Shown here: piece by piece, positions 58,064-64,000 of the stretch
Position numbering within the stretch: the first letter of the stretch is position 1
Layout: every line of letters begins with the position of its first letter
Source of the DNA: Bacteroidota bacterium
Lineage (GTDB): Bacteria; Bacteroidota; Bacteroidia; Chitinophagales; Chitinophagaceae
Assembly: GCA_018266775.1 (NCBI GenBank)
Contig: JAFDZS010000003.1
Span: 1-64,000 of the forward strand
Length of the DNA: 64,000 bases
Direction: 5' to 3'
Notes under the pieces: model-generated
The model's input: only the letters and a program-made list of their open reading frames with translations
Told to the model about the DNA's origin: nothing
Databases searched by the model: none
Made by a program: the position numbers and the translations under genes

Positions 58064-60442
58064 TTATTCCGCCATCATTTGTTTGATGACCGTAACTACT
58101 TCTTCTGCATTGGGTTTTCCAAAATAATCTCCATCACTACCATAACCGGGCCGGTGTGCTTTGGCAGTAATGGTACGTGGGGCTACATCCAGGTAACGGT
58201 AACCATTTTGCTCTTCCATTACTTTGTTAAACATATATGCTGCTGCACCGCCGGGTACGTCTTCATCCACAAAAACAATGCGGTTGGTTTTTCTTAATGA
58301 CTGAACAATACTGTGATGAATATCAAAAGGCAACAGTGTCTGCACATCCATCACCTCGCAGCTGATATCCATTTTGGAAAGCCGTTCTGCCGCTTCCATT
58401 ACAATCCGCAGCGTGGAGCCATAACTTACAATGGTAATATCTTCCCCTTCCCTGATGACTTCCGGCACACCTAACGGCACAGCGTAAGCGAGTAAGTTGG
58501 ATGGCATTTTTTCTTTCAGCCGGTACCCATTCAGGCATTCCACCATTAAAGCGGGATCGTTACTTTGCAGTAAGGTATTGTACATGCCCACTGCCTGCAC
58601 CATGTTCCTGGGCACGCATACATACATACCACGAAGTGCGTTGATGACCATGCCCATGGGCGAACCACTGTGCCAGATACCTTCCAGCCGGTGCCCCCGT
58701 GTGCGAACAATTAATGGACAACTCTGCTGCCCTACCGTACGAAAGTGTGTAGTACTGAGGTCATCGCTCAAAGGCTGCAAACCATACAACAGGTAATCCA
58801 GGTATTGAATTTCTGCAATAGGCCTCAATCCTCTTAATGCTAAACCAATGCCCTGCCCCATAATCGTAAGTTCACGAATACCGGTATCAAAAATTCTTTC
58901 TGCACCATATTTTAGCTGTAAGCCACTGAAACCCTGGTTCACATCACCAATATATCCAACATCTTCGCCAAAGGCCACTACTTTTTTATTACTGGCAAAC
59001 AATTCATCAAAATATTTATTCAGCACTTCATATCCATTTACCACTTTAGCATCATCTTCATACCAGGCCGCAACCGGTGCAACGTTTAATGCTGATTTTG
59101 GCCCTTCATTATACAAGTACGAGTTATACAGTTGTTCACTTTCCTGCAAAAGCGAATCATAATAGTTTTTTATTGCAACAGCATTGGAAGCCTTCAGCAC
59201 ATCAATGGCTTTACCCAATGCCTTCATAACATCCCTGCGCATGGGTTCCCGGTTGGCTTTCAGTTCATTCACAATGGCACCCAATTCAGCATTGCCAGCA
59301 TCAGCTTCAATCATTAATGTAATTGCTTTTGCAGCCTGTTGTTGTATGGGTGAAATATATTTCTCCCACGCTTTTTGTTTACCGGTTTTTACATATTCCC
59401 TTGCCTCATCATGAATATCATTCAATTCATCTTCCGTAGCCAGTGTATTTTCCACAATCCATTCCCGCATCTGCTTAATACAATCCCATTCTTTTTCCCA
59501 TTCCAGCCTTTCAGGGCTTTTATACCGTTCATGGCTACCCGAAGTAGAGTGACCTTGAGGCTGTGTGATTTCTTCTATATGAAAAATCGCGGGGATATGT
59601 GTTTCCCTTATTTTTTGCAGTGCCGGCTCCAGCACTTCGCACATGCCGGCATAATCCCAGCCTTTCAATTTATAAATATCCAGTCCGTTAGTGCCGGGTT
59701 GTTTTTGCATGCCCGCCAATGCTTCGGAGATGGATCCTTTTGTTGTCTGAAATTTCTTGGGTACAGAAATACCGTAACCATCATCCCAAATGAAAATGGC
59801 CAACGGAACCTGCATCACCCCGGCAGCATTCACAGCTTCCCAAAAATGGCCCTCGCTGGTAGAAGCGTCCCCAATAGTGCAAAAACAAATTTCATTTCCA
59901 TTATTGCTCAGGTGCTGCATATCCTGCAGCGATGGTGTGGTGCGGAATAATTTTGATGCCAGCGCCAACCCTAATGCACGTGGCATTTGACCAGCCGTGG
60001 GTGCCATGTCGCTGCTGGTATTTTTTTGTTCTGCCAGGTTCAGCCAATCTCCATTGGCATCCACATTTTTGGTAACAAAATGTGCATTCATTTGCCTGCC
60101 GGCACTGAAGGGATCGTTTTCAACATTGGGGTCAGAATATAATTGCGCAAAATATTGCTCCACATTAGTAATGCCTGCTGCAAGCATAAAAGTCTGGTCG
60201 CGGTAATAACCTGCCCTGAAATCTCCCGGTTTAAAAAATTTTGCAACGGCTACCTGCGCTACTTCTTTCCCATCTCCAAAAATTCCAAACTTGGCTTTGC
60301 CGGTTAATACTTCTTTACGGCCCAGTAAACTGATTTCCCTGCTGGTGCAGGCATAACGGTAGTCTTTGAGCACTTCATTTCTGAAGTTGTCAAAACTCAG
60401 TTTTTCATCAGCAGCAATGTCAGTAAGGTTGGTTGTTTGCAT
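58064..60442 (-). CDS. Fused alpha/beta E1 component of a 2-oxoacid (alpha-ketoacid) dehydrogenase complex
   Basis: 792 aa. The N-terminal half has TPP-binding alpha-subunit motifs (IGDASTSEGHFWEAVNAAGV). The C-terminal half is transketolase-like beta-subunit. Confidence 0.85.
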   Translation of the reverse strand: MQTTNLTDIAADEKLSFDNFRNEVLKDYRYACTSREISLLGRKEVLTGKAKFGIFGDGKEVAQVAVAKFFKPGDFRAGYYRDQTFMLAAGITNVEQYFAQLYSDPNVENDPFSAGRQMNAHFVTKNVDANGDWLNLAEQKNTSSDMAPTAGQMPRALGLALASKLFRTTPSLQDMQHLSNNGNEICFCTIGDASTSEGHFWEAVNAAGVMQVPLAIFIWDDGYGISVPKKFQTTKGSISEALAGMQKQPGTNGLDIYKLKGWDYAGMCEVLEPALQKIRETHIPAIFHIEEITQPQGHSTSGSHERYKSPERLEWEKEWDCIKQMREWIVENTLATEDELNDIHDEAREYVKTGKQKAWEKYISPIQQQAAKAITLMIEADAGNAELGAIVNELKANREPMRRDVMKALGKAIDVLKASNAVAIKNYYDSLLQESEQLYNSYLYNEGPKSALNVAPVAAWYEDDAKVVNGYEVLNKYFDELFASNKKVVAFGEDVGYIGDVNQGFSGLQLKYGAERIFDTGIRELTIMGQGIGLALRGLRPIAEIQYLDYLLYGLQPLSDDLSTTHFRTVGQQSCPLIVRTRGHRLEGIWHSGSPMGMVINALRGMYVCVPRNMVQAVGMYNTLLQSNDPALMVECLNGYRLKEKMPSNLLAYAVPLGVPEVIREGEDITIVSYGSTLRIVMEAAERLSKMDISCEVMDVQTLLPFDIHHSIVQSLRKTNRIVFVDEDVPGGAAAYMFNKVMEEQNGYRYLDVAPRTITAKAHRPGYGSDGDYFGKPNAEEVVTVIKQMMAE

Positions 60443-60542
60443 ATCGTTATTATATGGTACGGCAAAAATATAAATAAATGAAGATGGTTTGTTAATAATC
60501 TGCTAACAGGATAACAATTTAAAGCGATATGAGGCGTTTTAG

Positions 60543-60550
60543 TATCTTTG
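60543..60550 (+). promoter_or_regulatory. Putative -7 element TATCTTTG for the DUF1573 pair
   Basis: TAnnTTTG match 25 bp upstream of the ATG at 60575. Confidence 0.25.
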
Positions 60551-60574
60551 AAAAGGAAATAATAAGGGAATTGT

Positions 60575-61042
60575 ATGAAAAAAATTGTCATTTTACTTGT
60601 TACTGCAATTTCAACGGGAGTTGTTTTTGCACAGCAAGCGCCCAGCAATACCGGAGCAACAACTGCTATGCCCGAAGTAAAACCTGAAACACTGGTACTG
60701 AAAGAACCTGAATTTAATTTTGGCAAAATACCACAGGGAAAACCCGTAACCCATGTTTTTGAATTATCTAATGCAGGTAAAGATTCTATAAAGATCATTA
60801 ATGTGCAGGCCAGCTGCGGTTGCACTACGCCTGAGTGGGAAAGAGATAAACCTATTCCTCCCGGTGGCACAGCTAAAATCACCGTAGGTTATAATGCAGC
60901 TGCTGAAGGCCCGTTCACTAAGCCCGTAACGATTACTTACAATTCGACAGAAATGAAACAACTTTTTATTAAAGGCGAAGTTTGGAAAACACCTTCATCT
61001 TCTGCTCCTGAAAATAAAAGCCTTGGCGACTTAAAAGAATAA
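60575..61042 (+). CDS. DUF1573 domain protein (secreted)
   Basis: Signal peptide. FNFGKIPQGKPVTHVFELSNAGKDSIKIINVQASCGCTTPEW is the DUF1573 hallmark, including CGCT. Confidence 0.8.
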   Translation: MKKIVILLVTAISTGVVFAQQAPSNTGATTAMPEVKPETLVLKEPEFNFGKIPQGKPVTHVFELSNAGKDSIKIINVQASCGCTTPEWERDKPIPPGGTAKITVGYNAAAEGPFTKPVTITYNSTEMKQLFIKGEVWKTPSSSAPENKSLGDLKE

Positions 61043-61073
61043 ACATACTTATCACCATAAAAATTAAAGAATA

Positions 61074-61640
61074 ATGAAAAAACTCTTCCTTTCACTCACA
61101 GCACTGGCTTTAACCACTGCTTTATTTGCTCAGAAGAAAGCAGATGAACTGGCTAAGTTCGCAACTGAAACTATCGACCAGGGTAAGCTGAAACAAAATT
61201 TCCCTGAAGAAGTAAAATTTATCGTTACCAACATCAGTAAAGAACCCCTGATCATTGAACAGGCAAACCCAACCTGCGGTTGCACCATCGGAGATTATAC
61301 CAAAACTCCGATAGCCCCGGGACAAACTGGTTTTGTTAGTGCCAAATTCAACGCTGCCGGTTTGGGTCATTTTGAAAAACACCTGACTGTAAAATTTGCC
61401 GGCGCTGATGATATTAAAAATATCGTAATCACCGGTGATGTTTTACCAGCTGAAGAATACGACAAATGGAAAGCTGGTGGTGGCACCAATCCTGCTATAG
61501 TAACTGCACCAGCTCCTGTAGCGCCAACAACTGCTGCTCCTGCTGCTGCACCAGTTAACGGCAATCCGGCAAAGGCTAAAGCCAAAGCTAAAACAAAAAC
61601 CACTGCAGCCGTTAAGCCAGCTACAGCTGTTAAAAGTTAA
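61074..61640 (+). CDS. DUF1573 domain protein, paralog with an Ala/Pro/Lys-rich C-terminal tail
   Basis: Signal peptide. PTCGCTIGDY DUF1573 motif. C-terminal PAPVAPTTAAPAAAPVNGNPAKAKAKAKTKTTAAVKPATAVKS low-complexity tail. Confidence 0.8.
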   Translation: MKKLFLSLTALALTTALFAQKKADELAKFATETIDQGKLKQNFPEEVKFIVTNISKEPLIIEQANPTCGCTIGDYTKTPIAPGQTGFVSAKFNAAGLGHFEKHLTVKFAGADDIKNIVITGDVLPAEEYDKWKAGGGTNPAIVTAPAPVAPTTAAPAAAPVNGNPAKAKAKAKTKTTAAVKPATAVKS

Positions 61641-61661
61641 TTCAAAAAGAATCATATTTGA

Positions 61662-61692
61662 AAACCTCTCCAACCGGGGAGGTTTTTTATTT
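61662..61692 (+). terminator. Rho-independent terminator after the DUF1573 pair
   Basis: AACCTCTCC-aacc-GGGGAGGTT followed by TTTTTATTTT. Confidence 0.55.
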
Positions 61693-61817
61693 TGTACCTG
61701 ATTGAAAGAATATGTTGACCTGATGAAACGTTTTTATTGCAAAAAGAGTCTTATTCCAAAAATCTATTTAAACCGGAACGATTTTTGGTAATAATCATCA
61801 CCCTGCATCAATACTCG

Positions 61818-64000
61818 ATGAATCTATTTTTACGTAATAAGCGCCTTACCAAATCCTGTTTACTTGCACTATTGCTGTTAGTAAGTGGCGTTTATGCATT
61901 CGCACAACCTTCAGCCAATTTTAATGCTACCCCCACCAGCGGTTGCGCTCCTTTGGCAGTTTCATTTACAGATCAAAGTACGGGAAGCCCCACCAGTTGG
62001 CAGTGGGACCTTGGTAATGGCACTTTATCTTCTGCACAAAACCCCACCACTACCTATCTCAACTCAGGTTTGTATACCATTACATTAACTGTAAGCAATG
62101 CAGCAGGCAGTAATACCATCACTAAAACTCAATTTATTAAAGTAGATGATAAACCTGCAGCAGATTTTGCCGCCAATAACCAAAGTGGTTGTTTCCCACT
62201 GCGGGTAAACTTTACGGATCTTTCTGCTGGCGGGTCGGCTGTAATTACCAGCTGGGATTGGGATTTTGGCGATGGCAGCATATCCAATCTTCAAAATCCA
62301 TTTCATATTTATTCCATCGCCGGCAACTATACAGTAACACTGAAAGTTACTAACGCAGGCGGCTGTTCTAAAGTAATCAGCCGGCCCAATTTCATCCAGG
62401 TTTCACCAGGTGTAACTGTTGATTTTAATAACTCAGTACCCGTTTTATGCAAGCCCCCGGAAACCATCAGCTTTGCCAATCTTTCCACCGGGCCAGGCAC
62501 ATTGAGTTACCAGTGGGATTTTGGTGATGGCGGAACGTCCACCCTTCAAAATCCTTCGCACACATATGTAACGGGTGGAAGCTTTACTGTTTCCCTTATT
62601 ACAACCAGCAGTTCCGGTTGTTTGGATACACTGATCAAACCTGCCGCCGTGGTGATCAAAGATGTGGTTTCCGATTTTAGTGCACCCGCCACCGCTTGCC
62701 AGGGTGTATCAATAACATTTACCAATACTTCGGTTCCGCAACCGGCAGGCTCCTCATGGGATTTTGGGGACGCAACGTTTTCCAGTCTCACCAATCCGAC
62801 CAAAGCGTATGCGGCACCCGGTACATACCAGGTTAAATTAAAAAATGATTACGGTACCTGTTTCGATTCTGTCATTAAGCCGATTACCGTACTGGCATTG
62901 CCAATACCGGATTTTACAGCACCTGATGTTACTGATTGCAATGTGCCGTTCACGGTTAACTTCTCCGATTTATCAAGCGGCGCTGTTGCATGGGATTGGA
63001 ATTTTGGAGATGGTGCAACGGATAATGTGCAAAACCCCTCCCACACTTATACCGCGTTAGGCAATTATGATGTTACCCTGGTTGTGACCAATGCCAACGG
63101 CTGCAAAGACAGTATTACCAAACCTCAGTTTGTAAAAATACAAAAGCCGGTTGTGGGCATTAATGGCCTGCCGCTGGAAGGTTGCATTCCTTTCACCATA
63201 AACCCGCTGCCCAATGTTGTTGCAGTGGATGGCATACAATCTTACAACTGGGATTTTGGAGACGGTGGCACTTCAACAGCAGCAAATCCCACTCATACTT
63301 ATCTTACACAGGGTATTTACACGGTGAAGCTGTATATCACTACCATTGATGGTTGCCAGGATTCTGCTGTTTTTGTTAATGCAGTTACAGCAGGTAATAA
63401 ATCTTTTGCCAATTTCGATGCTGTACCCACAGCACAATGCGTGGGACAACCCATACAATTCAATAACCTTACCAACCCTTCGGACAGGTGGAGTTGGGAT
63501 TTCGGAGATGGCACAGGCAGTTCCAGCATTGCAAACCCAATGTACACTTACCAGGACACCGGGCATTTCAACATCCGGCTTATTGCCTGGAACAATGGTT
63601 GCCCTGATACATTGATCAAGACTAACTATATCACTGCCCTGCCCCCTGTAGCAAGGTTTACACCATCATTCAATTGCAATAATAAACTGCAGGTGGCATT
63701 TACCGATAACTCAGTTTTACCACAAACCTGGAGTTGGGATTTTGGTGATGGCTTTACTTCCACCCTTCAAAACCCGGTACACACGTATGCAGCATTCGGT
63801 ACATATAATGTTTCACTTACTGTAACGAATGGCGGATGCAGCAATACAAAAATTATTCCGGTTACATTATTTACCGAAGCTGCCGATTTTACTGTTGCTG
63901 ATGATACAATTTGCAATAGTGAAACCGCAGTGTTTCAAACAACCGGCATTAACCCGGCTAATATTGCCACTTATTTCTGGGATTATGGAGATGGCAATTC
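61818..64000 (+). CDS. Very large PKD-repeat surface protein, 3'-partial (likely T9SS cargo / gliding-motility-associated type)
   Basis: Open frame from the ATG at 61818 to the window end with no stop. It is absent from the ORF track because it has no in-window stop. Signal peptide. At least 10 consecutive ~85-aa PKD-like repeats, each with ...F.D.S.....W.WDFGDG..S...NP.H.Y...G.Y.V.L.V.N..GC.D... Confidence 0.8.
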   Translation, partial: MNLFLRNKRLTKSCLLALLLLVSGVYAFAQPSANFNATPTSGCAPLAVSFTDQSTGSPTSWQWDLGNGTLSSAQNPTTTYLNSGLYTITLTVSNAAGSNTITKTQFIKVDDKPAADFAANNQSGCFPLRVNFTDLSAGGSAVITSWDWDFGDGSISNLQNPFHIYSIAGNYTVTLKVTNAGGCSKVISRPNFIQVSPGVTVDFNNSVPVLCKPPETISFANLSTGPGTLSYQWDFGDGGTSTLQNPSHTYVTGGSFTVSLITTSSSGCLDTLIKPAAVVIKDVVSDFSAPATACQGVSITFTNTSVPQPAGSSWDFGDATFSSLTNPTKAYAAPGTYQVKLKNDYGTCFDSVIKPITVLALPIPDFTAPDVTDCNVPFTVNFSDLSSGAVAWDWNFGDGATDNVQNPSHTYTALGNYDVTLVVTNANGCKDSITKPQFVKIQKPVVGINGLPLEGCIPFTINPLPNVVAVDGIQSYNWDFGDGGTSTAANPTHTYLTQGIYTVKLYITTIDGCQDSAVFVNAVTAGNKSFANFDAVPTAQCVGQPIQFNNLTNPSDRWSWDFGDGTGSSSIANPMYTYQDTGHFNIRLIAWNNGCPDTLIKTNYITALPPVARFTPSFNCNNKLQVAFTDNSVLPQTWSWDFGDGFTSTLQNPVHTYAAFGTYNVSLTVTNGGCSNTKIIPVTLFTEAADFTVADDTICNSETAVFQTTGINPANIATYFWDYGDGN

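Overview
This 64-kb window reads as a chromosomal segment of a Bacteroidota genome, judging by UspA, DUF1573, GH92, PKD-repeat, FecR/ECF and DUF2147/DUF3667-type genes and TAnnTTTG -7 promoter boxes. It carries about 55 genes, tightly packed, mostly metabolism and transport. Metabolism includes single-chain glycine dehydrogenase GcvP, alpha-glucan phosphorylase, a fused E1 alpha/beta dehydrogenase, KAS-III, SurE, MazG, an SDR and an FAD monooxygenase. Transport includes an Nramp-Usp fusion sitting next to a DtxR/MntR regulator, a DctA-like symporter, an APC permease and two MFS transporters. Envelope and secreted proteins include flotillin, a GH92 mannosidase, an M28 peptidase, two DUF1573 paralogs and a very large PKD-repeat protein that runs off the window end. 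I found no rRNA, tRNA, CRISPR array, IS element or transposase. The things I think deserve a second look are these. (1) A putative melanin module: a tyrosinase in a three-gene operon with a His-rich polytopic membrane protein. (2) A LexA-like (XRE HTH + S24 peptidase) repressor with a palindromic TTAGTA/TACTAA candidate operator, followed on the same strand by NTF2-like, DinB_2 and a stand-alone SSB. This is a candidate non-canonical SOS-like cassette. (3) Two copies of a ~120-bp MITE-like element with 12-bp terminal inverted repeats, as direct repeats around an AT-richer four-gene block (AraC, membrane protein, DUF2147, SDR). (4) A ~400-bp convergent intergenic region holding a perfect 19-bp-stem hairpin plus two tandem 208-bp units that carry eight copies of a GGTTG(A/C)CTTCTT 12-mer in alternating orientation. 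(5) A ~950-bp stretch with no credible ORF upstream of an ECF sigma / FecR / STN-domain-protein trio. (6) Several unusual domain fusions (DUF5077/DUF3472-FKBP, Nramp-Usp) and an orphan 1251-aa multi-TM histidine kinase. None of these can be confirmed from sequence alone. Each finding states what can be seen directly and what is inferred.
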